DNA from: a virus
Lineage: Duplodnaviria > Caudoviricetes
Direction: 5' to 3' (one strand)
Length of the DNA stretch: 45,355 nucleotides
Virus record (IMG/VR): IMGVR_UViG_3300010362_000033
Coordinates: 1 to 45,355 of that record
Below, piece by piece: positions 6,699 to 15,300 of this stretch. The translations under genes were made by a program, and so were the position numbers. Position 1 is the first letter of the stretch; every line of letters starts with the position of its first letter. A model generated the notes under the pieces. That model worked only from the letters and a program-made list of their open reading frames with translations, was not told the DNA's origin and ran no database searches.

Positions 6699-9275
6699 CC
6701 CGATGATGAGCCCGAAGCCGAGTCGCGTCGTCAGGTCGAGTTCGCTGAAGCCTTGAATTTCGAGCAGCCAGTACGCCGTGCTGTCTGAGATGGCGAGCGC
6801 GTACTCGACGCTCAGCACGTTGTCGACGAGCTGATAGCGCTTGCCTTGAATGTAGTACCCACGGGGAATGGTGCCGCTCGTGTCGATGCCGGTCACGACT
6901 TCCTGAATGCCGATGCGGTCACCGATCTCGCGCAGTACGAGCTGCTGCTTGAGCGTGTCGGTCGACGCGACGAACGCCATACGGTCGATACTCGCGAAGG
7001 CTGCCGTCTGCGTCTGCAGGACATACAGCGCGATCTCCGCGCCGACGTCCAGCCGCGATTGATACGGCATGTCGACGCCGACCGTCACGACGCCGATGTT
7101 CGCTTGTGCAGTCTCGTCGTCTTCTTCGAGAATCACATTCTCGAAGTCGTAGAGACCCCGTCCCCGCACTTGAAACACGCCAGCCGTGCCGCCGATCCAG
7201 CCTTCGACCGTGCCGGTATTCGTCACTTCGAGCCGCGCGCCGTTGCCGCCGAAGTTCGCGACAATCGTGCAGAACGCTGTCAGGTCGGCGCCGCTGCCGT
7301 CTTGCGCCCCATTCATCACGTAGTCGGTCGTTGCGACCGGCGTGACCATGTCGGTACCGCCGACGCGCGCCGCAATCTGCTGCGGGTCACGATACGGACT
7401 GAGCCACGTAAACGTCTGCCCCGGTACGAGCTTCGTCGCACTCTGCAGCGACGCGAGTACCGTCGTCGCGACGGTGTCGGCGCGCTTCGGGTGTACGGTG
7501 ACCTGTACGTCATTCAGCGAGCGGTCACGCTGATAGGTCAGGTCGAGTGCAGTCAGGTCGACGAACGTCGCGAGATTGACGCGGTTCTGTGCACGTCGGC
7601 TGCGCCCTTCAAAGGTCAGCGTGCCGTCGCCCTTTGGGTAGACGAAGCCGTGCTCGCTGGCGGCGAGCTTCGCGGCTTCTTCCATTGCCGTCTGAGACTC
7701 GTCACGTGCGCTGTCGAGTGAGTACGCCATCTGGTCGACGCCCTGATCGACTTCGAGCGCGCGCGGCTGGCGTGGCAAGCTGTTGACGACGGTCGTAAAG
7801 ACGTCGCCGGGGTACTGATTGATCTGCACCGGCAGGCCATGCAGCTTCGCTTGCGCGAGTTCATCCATGTAATCGACAGCGGTGACGAACGTGCGCCGCG
7901 AGCCGTACTGTCCGGCGACCGGTTTGATGATGTCGACGCGACCGGTGAAGAGCGTTTTTGTCGTGACGTCGAAGCTGGCGCGCCAGCGCACGCCGATACC
8001 GATACTGAAACCGGCGCGACAGTTCGTGTGTCCGGGGCTGTAGTAGCCGAGCAGGTGTGCGGAGTTCTGCGCCGAGTTATTGAGCGCGAACGTCATTTCG
8101 CCGGTCGCCGCAATGCGCTCGGTGACGTTGCCGCTGGTCATGCCGCCTGATGCGGTGATGCCTTCATAGCGCAGCACGTCGCCGGTGACATCGGTCCAGC
8201 CGTTGTCACGTCCGCTCAGTTCCATCTCGACGACAAAGCGCAACGTGCGGTCCGTGGCGGCGCCGACCATCGTGCCGACGCTGCCGGTCGACGACACGCC
8301 GGTCAGCGCGGCGACAGGTACGGTGTACGTGATTTCGAGCTTCGGCGGATTCGCGCTCCCGGCCATCGCGACCTGAATGCGCGAGAAGCTGCCAGAGACC
8401 CACGCCGGCGCCACGTTCGCAACGTCGAAGTTCGCGTTGCGTATGCCGAACTTGCTGACGCCGGTTTTGCTGACGTTGCCGATGCCCGTCGCATTGAAGG
8501 TAAAGGCGTTGTACGCACTCGCGGTCATGCTCGCGAAGGTGCGCGGCGACCCCGTCTGCGACGTCGATCCAACCTGACTGTAGTCAGTCGCCGCGAGCGC
8601 GGTGTTACTCGCTGGCGTGGCGGTATAGATGTCGGCGTTTGGCGACGCGACGAGATTGTCGGTGATGATGTTCACGTACAGCGACAGCTGCGCCGCTGAG
8701 ATGTTCGCCGCGCTCGTGAGTGCCGACGTATCGAACAAGAACAGACCGCGAACGTTCGCTTGCCATTGATTCGTGGTACTGCTGGCGTTGATGAAGATCA
8801 GGTCGCTTGCCGTCGCGCTGTCGTTGGCTGAATTACCGGCGCCGGCGCGAATCGTCGACCATGTTTCGTTGACACCGAAGCGCCCGACTTGCCCGTCGAC
8901 CGTCGTCGTCTCCGGGTCCGCATCGGGGTACGCCGTCAGCGTCGCGAAGCCGAGATCGAGCGCCGGCACCAACGGCTGCGCAATCAGCAGATCCCACGCG
9001 TGACACGTCCACCAGACCCACTTGAACGCGTGGTACATGCGCTGCGCAAAGACCCAGTGCGAGCGCACGTCGAGCGTGAACGAGTGATCGGCGTGCTCGA
9101 CGATGTAGGCATGCGGCAGCACGCGCACGATGCGCGCGCGATAGCCGACGTCACACGGACGAATCCGCAGAACCCAGCGCAGCCAGCGCCCGACGAGCGG
9201 TGTGTCGAGCGCCCCGACGAGCAGCCACTGCCAGCGCGCGAAGAATGCCGGCCCAAAGGCGCGCCACGGTTCCAT
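6003..9275 (-). CDS. Tail tip/baseplate hub protein with a carbohydrate-binding-like domain and C-terminal His-x-Asp repeat
   Basis: Immediately after tape measure (TGATG overlap). Contains an RGLFLFDTSAL...AQLSLY...PKLEITY domain, a WTDVTGDV hub start, IGDRIGI, and then the HxD repeats. Confidence 0.8.
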   Translation of the reverse strand: MEPWRAFGPAFFARWQWLLVGALDTPLVGRWLRWVLRIRPCDVGYRARIVRVLPHAYIVEHADHSFTLDVRSHWVFAQRMYHAFKWVWWTCHAWDLLIAQPLVPALDLGFATLTAYPDADPETTTVDGQVGRFGVNETWSTIRAGAGNSANDSATASDLIFINASSTTNQWQANVRGLFLFDTSALTSAANISAAQLSLYVNIITDNLVASPNADIYTATPASNTALAATDYSQVGSTSQTGSPRTFASMTASAYNAFTFNATGIGNVSKTGVSKFGIRNANFDVANVAPAWVSGSFSRIQVAMAGSANPPKLEITYTVPVAALTGVSSTGSVGTMVGAATDRTLRFVVEMELSGRDNGWTDVTGDVLRYEGITASGGMTSGNVTERIAATGEMTFALNNSAQNSAHLLGYYSPGHTNCRAGFSIGIGVRWRASFDVTTKTLFTGRVDIIKPVAGQYGSRRTFVTAVDYMDELAQAKLHGLPVQINQYPGDVFTTVVNSLPRQPRALEVDQGVDQMAYSLDSARDESQTAMEEAAKLAASEHGFVYPKGDGTLTFEGRSRRAQNRVNLATFVDLTALDLTYQRDRSLNDVQVTVHPKRADTVATTVLASLQSATKLVPGQTFTWLSPYRDPQQIAARVGGTDMVTPVATTDYVMNGAQDGSGADLTAFCTIVANFGGNGARLEVTNTGTVEGWIGGTAGVFQVRGRGLYDFENVILEEDDETAQANIGVVTVGVDMPYQSRLDVGAEIALYVLQTQTAAFASIDRMAFVASTDTLKQQLVLREIGDRIGIQEVVTGIDTSGTIPRGYYIQGKRYQLVDNVLSVEYALAISDSTAYWLLEIQGFSELDLTTRLGFGLIIGHIDIAHQDSAPVSHDDVAHGDVPHGDALHLDASHGDIAHTDTAHGDTAHSDVAHSDTAHTDTAHVDSSRHDDHNDSMGGHNDTGGGRTHTDTAHGDTSHGDQAHGDFGASYNHTDGASHIDVPNHTDGYEHFDGGSYSNNTPFINVAFVNVAHGDNTHEDFADTTSTAHGDVAHVDTHGDSAHVDSAHADVAHTDNNTHGDQAAQNTAHTDTAHHDVAAAEHGDSPHGDAN

Positions 9276-12200
9276 CAGACACTGCTCATCTGCGCATCGC
9301 GCAGCACACGACGCAAGCTCGCGATGTGCAGGTCATCGCGCTGCGTCAGTAGCCGTGACAGTTCGGTGAGACTCGGTCCCTCAGTCACGGGGTTTTGCAT
9401 CATCGTCGCGAAGGTCTTGCCTTCGCCGCTGAAGGCGAAGTACTCGTTGCCCTGCGTCGAGAACAGCATCGGCTTATCGGCATAGCCGAAGCCGCCAGCC
9501 GCCATCTTGATCGGCGTCGGCGTCAACGAGACCGGCCCCGGCAGCGGTGGCACATCCCAGACGATGGGGATACTGATGCTGAAGCCGTCGAAGCGTGCGG
9601 CAATCGCGCGCGCGCCGGCGTCGGCTTGCTTCGCGAAGTCTTCGGCCATGCCGTCAGCCGCGACCGCGAAACTCTTCTCGACACTCGTCGCTGAGTCTTG
9701 AAACGTCTTTTCGATCTTCACGCCCATGCCGTTGTAGGTGTCGGTGGCGTGCTTGTCGATGTTCGACGTCGCTTGCTTCATCGCGTCTTCGCTGGCCTGC
9801 GCGGTCGATTCCTGCGCGGCTTTGATCTGCGCATCGAGCGCCGCCATCTGTCCGCGAATCTGGGTCTCAATCACGCCCATGACTTCTTCGGGTGCTTCCT
9901 GCTCGACCTGCTTCGCAAGGTCGTCGCGCTTTTTCTGCAGATCATCGAGTGCGGTCTTGACTTTCTCGGCGCCCTTCTCGGCGTCGTCCTGCGCTTTGAT
10001 CCACGCCGCAGCAGCCGCGTCGCCGGCGTCGGCCATCGCTTGCTGCATCGCTTTGTACGCTTTGTTCAGCTGTTCTTGATTGAACTGGCCAGACGCGAGC
10101 ATCGTGTCGAAGATCTGCCGCGTTTGATCGGCGGCTTGCTGCAGCTGCGCATTCGTCTTGTAGCCAGCGTCTGCAATCGCGTCGGTGATGTTCAGGGACT
10201 GATTGATCTTGTCGATGACGGACTGCACCGCGTCGCCGCCCCGACGCTCCGCGTCCATCAGCGCGGTGACATCGCGTCGCGCTTGTGCTGCCGTGCGACC
10301 GGTCAGTTCGTACGACTCCGCGATCTTTTTCATCATGTCGTCGAACCCTTTGAACTGCTGTTCGAACGACGCTTCGAGCTTGCGCCCTTCTTGTTCGAGC
10401 TTGCTCGGTCCCCCCAGTTTCGAGATCGCTTCAATCGCGCCGGTCACGCCGGCAGTGATGGCGCCGATCCAGTCGCCGCGCTCAAGACTCTTCGTGATGC
10501 CGTCGACGGTGCGCGCCGCAATCGCGCCCATCTCGGTCCATTTGTTATTGACGCTGTCGAGCATGCTGGCGACGTCGTTGAGCGCGCGCGAGAGACGCCG
10601 CGCATCGTCTTCAGAATCTTTCGCTGCGGCTTGCGGGATGATGCCCGACGGCTGCTGGTTCGGTGCGAGACCGACACTCTGTCGCGCGACCGCGTCGGCC
10701 AGCGTCTGCGCGGTTTTGATGTTCCGTTTTTCCTGCTCTTCGAGCGCGCGCGCGTGCGCTTCCGCGAGATCGAACCCGTCGGCCAGTGGAATCAGCCCGT
10801 CTTCGGTCAGCCCCTGCAGCGCGTACTGCAGCTGCTGCTGTTGCGACGTCAGGTTCGGTACGGTGACTTCGCCAAAATTCTTGAAGACTTTGTTCGTCGC
10901 TTCGGTGACACTCTGCTGAAACTTCATGTCATCGGCGACGGCTTCGACCTGATATTTGAAGAGTCCGTAATACTTCGCGAGATCTTCGACGCTCTTGCCG
11001 TGCGCTAAAAAGTAGCGAATCGCTTCGACGGTCGACCCGCTGATCTCGTCGATGGCTTCGGGGATCGACTTCATCGCGCCGGTGACGTTGCTCGCAAACG
11101 CTTTCCAATCGTCAGCGGCTTTCTTGCCGGCGGCAGCATTCTTCGCGACCGCGCGTGTGTGCGTTTCCCAGACTTGCGCGACGGCGTTGACCTGCGCGGC
11201 GGTCACGCCGTATTCATTCGTGATGTAGCGTAGGGACTTCCCGTGTTCGAGTTCGTACTTGATGGCTTCGACGGTCGCATCGCTCATCGTCGCGAACATG
11301 CGCGCCGTCTGACTGGTCTTTTGGTTCGCTTCGTCTTGCGCCGCTGAGAAGTCGACGACGCGACCGCGCGTCTTTTCGAGATCTTCGGCGAGCTTGTCGG
11401 CTTTCGCGGTGATGGTCGAGACCGCGTTGCCAAAGTCGATGGTGCCCTGCACCGTGTCGGCGTTCTTTTTTTGCAGGTCCGCGAGATCTTGATTGACGGT
11501 CTTCAGAAAGATCTTGACTTGTTCGAGCGTCGCGAGTTGCCCCGTCGCGAACGCCGTCGCGCGCGCAGCTTCGAGCGTCGCTTTTGCAATCCACGTCGAG
11601 CCGAGCGCGATGTCGCGCAGCCCAATGACGACGCCGGCGCGAATCAAATTGAAATAGTCAAGGGCTTTCAGCAGCAGTGAGAAGCCCTTCACCGCGCCAA
11701 TGACGGCGTCTGACACCAGATTCGCGGCGGTGGCGTTGTCTTTGAGTTCGCCGGTATTCGTGTCGATGGAGCCGTTCAGCTCGTCGATCAGCGTGAGTAC
11801 GGTCTCGTTCGTCGTGATGGCGCGCCCGATGGATTCTTCAACGTTGTTCCATGTGTTCCCGAGCTGCTGCAGGCGCCCTTCGTACGTGCCGGCGAGCGCT
11901 GCCGCCTGACCGCCGAACTTCGCCGTAATTTGATCGAGCACATAGCCGAACCCTTCGGCTTTGACTTTCGTGTCGTCGATGGTGATGCCGGCTTTTTTCA
12001 GCGCGCCGGTGTTCCCTTCGGCAGCTTTCGCGACGAGCATCGCGGCTTCTGGCAGATCTTTGCCGAGACCGGCAGCGAGTTCGGTCGTCGCTTTGAGCGC
12101 TTTTTCCATGTCACGCGGCATGACGTTGCCGACTGTGACGAGCAGCGCTTCGGCGGATTCGACGGCGTCATCTTGATACGTCGTGACTTTCTGCAGCTCT

Positions 12201-12790
12201 GTCGCGTACCGCTGATACGCCGAGATCACGCTCGGGACTGCCGTCCCCTGCGCGCGCAGCGCGGCAGCGACTTGTGCGTGCGACTTCTCGGCTTCGCCGG
12301 CGGCCTTGATCGAATCGCTGATCGTGCTGGTGAGCAGTCCCCATGCACTCTTCGCGGCGCCGATGATGGCCTGCGCGCCGACGTAACTCGTGATCAGTTT
12401 GCCGATGGAGATGTTCGCGTTATTGACGGTATCGGTGAGTCCCGCGACCCCACTTTGCGCCGTCTTCGCAGCCGTCGCGAGCTGTTGCAGGTTTTCAGGT
12501 ACGCGCAAGCCGAGCGCGCGCATTTTCTCGGCGGCTTCGGCGGCGACGTTGCCGACGCGAATCAGTTCGGCTTCGGTGAGCTTCGAGACGCCGCCGACCT
12601 TCTCGACGGCAGCGGCCATCAGCGTGGCGTCTTGAATGATTTTCTGACCCGACAGACTGTTCGACATCCGGGTCAGCGCGTCTTGCACTTTGCCGGCGCC
12701 GGTCTCGAATGTCTTCAGCTCGACTTCGGCTTTGCGGATCGCATCCGAAAAGTTCGTAAAGTCGAAGATGAATTTCGCAGTCAGTGCCAT
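9275..12790 (-). CDS. Tape measure protein
   Basis: 1171-aa Ala-rich helical protein downstream of the tail chaperone; KMAAGG motif near the C-terminus. Confidence 0.92.
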   Translation of the reverse strand: MALTAKFIFDFTNFSDAIRKAEVELKTFETGAGKVQDALTRMSNSLSGQKIIQDATLMAAAVEKVGGVSKLTEAELIRVGNVAAEAAEKMRALGLRVPENLQQLATAAKTAQSGVAGLTDTVNNANISIGKLITSYVGAQAIIGAAKSAWGLLTSTISDSIKAAGEAEKSHAQVAAALRAQGTAVPSVISAYQRYATELQKVTTYQDDAVESAEALLVTVGNVMPRDMEKALKATTELAAGLGKDLPEAAMLVAKAAEGNTGALKKAGITIDDTKVKAEGFGYVLDQITAKFGGQAAALAGTYEGRLQQLGNTWNNVEESIGRAITTNETVLTLIDELNGSIDTNTGELKDNATAANLVSDAVIGAVKGFSLLLKALDYFNLIRAGVVIGLRDIALGSTWIAKATLEAARATAFATGQLATLEQVKIFLKTVNQDLADLQKKNADTVQGTIDFGNAVSTITAKADKLAEDLEKTRGRVVDFSAAQDEANQKTSQTARMFATMSDATVEAIKYELEHGKSLRYITNEYGVTAAQVNAVAQVWETHTRAVAKNAAAGKKAADDWKAFASNVTGAMKSIPEAIDEISGSTVEAIRYFLAHGKSVEDLAKYYGLFKYQVEAVADDMKFQQSVTEATNKVFKNFGEVTVPNLTSQQQQLQYALQGLTEDGLIPLADGFDLAEAHARALEEQEKRNIKTAQTLADAVARQSVGLAPNQQPSGIIPQAAAKDSEDDARRLSRALNDVASMLDSVNNKWTEMGAIAARTVDGITKSLERGDWIGAITAGVTGAIEAISKLGGPSKLEQEGRKLEASFEQQFKGFDDMMKKIAESYELTGRTAAQARRDVTALMDAERRGGDAVQSVIDKINQSLNITDAIADAGYKTNAQLQQAADQTRQIFDTMLASGQFNQEQLNKAYKAMQQAMADAGDAAAAAWIKAQDDAEKGAEKVKTALDDLQKKRDDLAKQVEQEAPEEVMGVIETQIRGQMAALDAQIKAAQESTAQASEDAMKQATSNIDKHATDTYNGMGVKIEKTFQDSATSVEKSFAVAADGMAEDFAKQADAGARAIAARFDGFSISIPIVWDVPPLPGPVSLTPTPIKMAAGGFGYADKPMLFSTQGNEYFAFSGEGKTFATMMQNPVTEGPSLTELSRLLTQRDDLHIASLRRVLRDAQMSSV

Positions 12791-12791
12791 G

Positions 12792-12949
12792 TCAGGGCTT
12801 CGTATTCGCGCGCGTCATCTCTTCGATCAGGACTTCGTACACGTCTTGCGGCAGCTCCTGTACCCAGTCGTACCGCCAGCCGTTCATGAAGCGACAGACT
12901 GCGAGATCGCTGACGACGTAGTCGCGCCAGCCGTCAGCATTTTTTTTTC
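12792..12949 (-). CDS. -1 frameshift extension of tail chaperone (gpGT-like)
   Basis: GAA AAA AAA ATG (A9 at 12948-12940). The -1 frame reads NADGWRDYVVSDLAVCRFMNGWRYDWVQELPQDVYEVLIEEMTRANTKP* and stops 1 nt before the TMP ATG. Confidence 0.8.
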
Positions 12950-13276
12950 GGATTCGATCCGCGTCTCGTGCGCATCGACCGCGTCGACAATCTCGCGAAA
13001 CGTTTCCATGTCGAGATTCGTCAGCGCGGCTTCGCTGAATGCCACCGGTCCGTTGTCATCGACCAGCGACCACGCGACGATGTAGGCGAGTAACTTCGTG
13101 ATGCCGACGCGCGCAGAATCAATCACCGCGACCGAGCCGGCGTGCTGTTCTTTGATCATCTCGGTGAAGATCGCGCGCGTCTCGCCAGCGTTCAGCTGAC
13201 GCTTGACGTCGATCCAGTCACCGTCGGAGAGATCGAGTCTGACGACTTGCGGCTTGACGAAACGATTCCTTCCCAT
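12884..13276 (-). CDS. Tail assembly chaperone (gpG-like)
   Basis: Sits between tail tube and TMP; IVAWSLVDDNG motif; slippery A9 run near the end. Confidence 0.8.
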   Translation of the reverse strand: MGRNRFVKPQVVRLDLSDGDWIDVKRQLNAGETRAIFTEMIKEQHAGSVAVIDSARVGITKLLAYIVAWSLVDDNGPVAFSEAALTNLDMETFREIVDAVDAHETRIESEKKMLTAGATTSSAISQSVAS

Positions 13277-13285
13277 ACGGGAGCC

Positions 13286-13567
13286 TCATACCTGCGCGCG
13301 CAGCGACGCGGTCAGCGTGCTGTCGGCAATCTGCAGCGTGAGCACATCCCACTGCCAGCGGCGCGCCGGCAGGACAAAGACGAGCGGACGCTGCGATACC
13401 GCGTAGTCGTCTTTGCTCGTGATCGTGGCGGTCAGCGTCCATGTCGCTTCCGCATGGCGTTCGAGTGTGAGACTGCGAAGCTGCGCGACGCGTCGATAGC
13501 CCCAGCGCAGCTCGCCGTCGGTGTCGTGAATCGTCAGGTGATGACCGTCGCTCAGAAGCGACCCCAT
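13286..13567 (-). CDS. Hypothetical tail-region protein
   Basis: Beta-rich ORF (GELRWGYRRVAQL...) filling the gap between tail tube and chaperone. Confidence 0.6.
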   Translation of the reverse strand: MGSLLSDGHHLTIHDTDGELRWGYRRVAQLRSLTLERHAEATWTLTATITSKDDYAVSQRPLVFVLPARRWQWDVLTLQIADSTLTASLRAQV

Positions 13568-14184
13568 GCACCATTCGCGGCGTAGTTGCCGGAGATCTGC
13601 ACGGCGCCAGCGACGCCGGTATTGATGGATGCGTCGAGCCACGCAGGGCCGTACCAGTACTTCGTCGGTGCGTCTGCGCTCGGGTACAGATAGAGCTTTA
13701 CGCCGTCGCTGGAATCAGCGCCGACGAAGGGCTTCGTCTCGGTGTCATCGAAGAAGCCACCGAACGTCCCCTTGATATCCTTGAGACCCTGAACATCCGA
13801 CTGTTAGCAATTTTGACGACTAACCCCAGCGTCAAAACTCCCTGCGTCATTTCTGCGCAGGTCTATCGGTTCTGTGTTCCCGATAGTTCGGACTATCGCA
13901 TCGTCCGTTCTGGACGTCGTCTCGCTTAGTCTCTCAGGCTGCTTGCGCTTGCCCCTTCTTCCCATCGCAGGGTCGAAGTCAATCAGAGACGATTCGCGCA
14001 GCTGCATTCCTGCAGCGCGCCCCATGTGTGTCTAGGTTTTGTTCGCGTCGCCGAACGCCGTCACTTCGATTTTGTCGGTCGACTGATCAAGCGTCCACGC
14101 ATTCAGCTTGATCACGTTCGTGGCGACGCCCGAGCCGGTCGTCGAGAGATAGACGACCCCCTTGCGCCCTGCATAGACACTCAT
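13552..14184 (-). CDS. Major tail tube protein, spliced: join(14034..14184, 13552..13796), 131 aa
   Basis: Exon 1 MSVYAGRKGVVYLSTTGSG...WTLDQSTDKIEVTAFGDANKT, junction codon T|AT (Y), exon 2 VQGLKDIKGTFGGFFD...GAWGRF*. Joining restores the tube motif EVTAFGD.NKTYVQGLKD. Confidence 0.88.
13797..14033 (-). ncRNA. Group I self-splicing intron, 237 nt, no homing endonuclease
   Basis: 5' exon ends in U and the intron ends in G. P7 elements GAGAGACUAAG and GAUAGUCCG; P3 UCGUCUC/GAGACGA. The internal guide ACAU-GGG pairs with 3' exon AUGU (P10) and 5' exon CCU (P1, U-G). Confidence 0.9.
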
Positions 14185-14211
14185 GGCTGCACACAGCTTT
14201 CTGCCGCGCGT

Positions 14212-15300
14212 TTAAGCGGCCTGTACTTTCACGAGCTGTTGCAGATCGCCCAGCACGGTTTTCGCGCGTGCGACCCACGTAGCCTCGGCTATGCAAGCCG
14301 GTAATGCGGCAGCGACACGTGCACGACCGGCTTTGTCAGCCAGCCAGAGACGGATCAGCGCTGCCGCCTCGGTCGGTGTCGTGAAGGTCGGCACCAGATC
14401 GCCGAAGACTTCGCCGACTTCCGCACGGTACTCGCTCAGATGAAATGCCCCGCACGCCGCGAGTTCATACGCACGGGGACTGAGTGATTCGGCGTAGAGT
14501 GGCGCCTGCGCTTTGTAGCCCCAGTTCTTGCGCGAGCGGTACAGATTCAGCCCGATGCGCGCACGCCGATAGAGCGCGCCGGCGGTTTCGTTGTTGATCT
14601 GCTCGTCGCGAACCAGACTGCGCACCTGCTTGTTGAGACCCAGCCCTTTCCATGTGCCATAGAGACCGAGATCGATGCCGCTCCAATCAATCGAGTTAAA
14701 CCATTCGACGCGCTCGGAGAACCCGGAGCCGACGAAGACGACGTCGTGTGTCGGCACCTGTCCATCGATCAAGTGCGCCGAGACGTAGTGACGTTCCGGG
14801 TGATAAGCGTGCGGCAGATACCCCGCGCGCGGATTCACGGCTTTGAACGCGGCGACGCAGCTGCGCTCGTTCGTCCAGCAGCCGTCGACGCGCGCCGCCA
14901 TCGCGAGTTCTTGCTCGCTGTCGTACGGGGATTCTGTGAAGAGCACCGTCACCGTCAGGCCAGCACGCTTCATCATGATCACGACATCGGGATGCATCAG
15001 CATCGCGCTCACAATCAGCACGACGTCGACCTGATGCCGCAGCGCCATTTCAAGCGCGCCGATTCCAGCTTGATACATGATGTCAGCGGTATTCGGCTTC
15101 GCGAGATCGGGCTGCGCTTTCTTCTTCTTTCTCCACATCACGTGCAGCGTCTTGCCGGCGAACTCGATGCGCTGGTCGAGACGAAACGGCACGATCTCGA
15201 CCCCGAGCACGTGCAAGCCGTAGCGCAGACCGGCTTCGACGTCAGCCGTCGACCATGTCGCGCCGGGATGCACGAGCAGCACGCGCAGCGGTCGTGTCAC
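14212..15300 (-). CDS. Glycosyltransferase, CgeB/GT-B-like
   Basis: YLPHAYHPERH, DVVFVGS, LYRRARIGLNLYR and SPRAYELAACGAFHLS motifs. Confidence 0.85.
   Translation of the reverse strand: MTRPLRVLLVHPGATWSTADVEAGLRYGLHVLGVEIVPFRLDQRIEFAGKTLHVMWRKKKKAQPDLAKPNTADIMYQAGIGALEMALRHQVDVVLIVSAMLMHPDVVIMMKRAGLTVTVLFTESPYDSEQELAMAARVDGCWTNERSCVAAFKAVNPRAGYLPHAYHPERHYVSAHLIDGQVPTHDVVFVGSGFSERVEWFNSIDWSGIDLGLYGTWKGLGLNKQVRSLVRDEQINNETAGALYRRARIGLNLYRSRKNWGYKAQAPLYAESLSPRAYELAACGAFHLSEYRAEVGEVFGDLVPTFTTPTEAAALIRLWLADKAGRARVAAALPACIAEATWVARAKTVLGDLQQLVKVQAA

Noticed and set aside
13804-14025. 73-aa ORF inside the intron as a homing endonuclease
   Set aside because: Too short, has no LAGLIDADG/HNH/GIY-YIG motif, and overlaps the ribozyme core.
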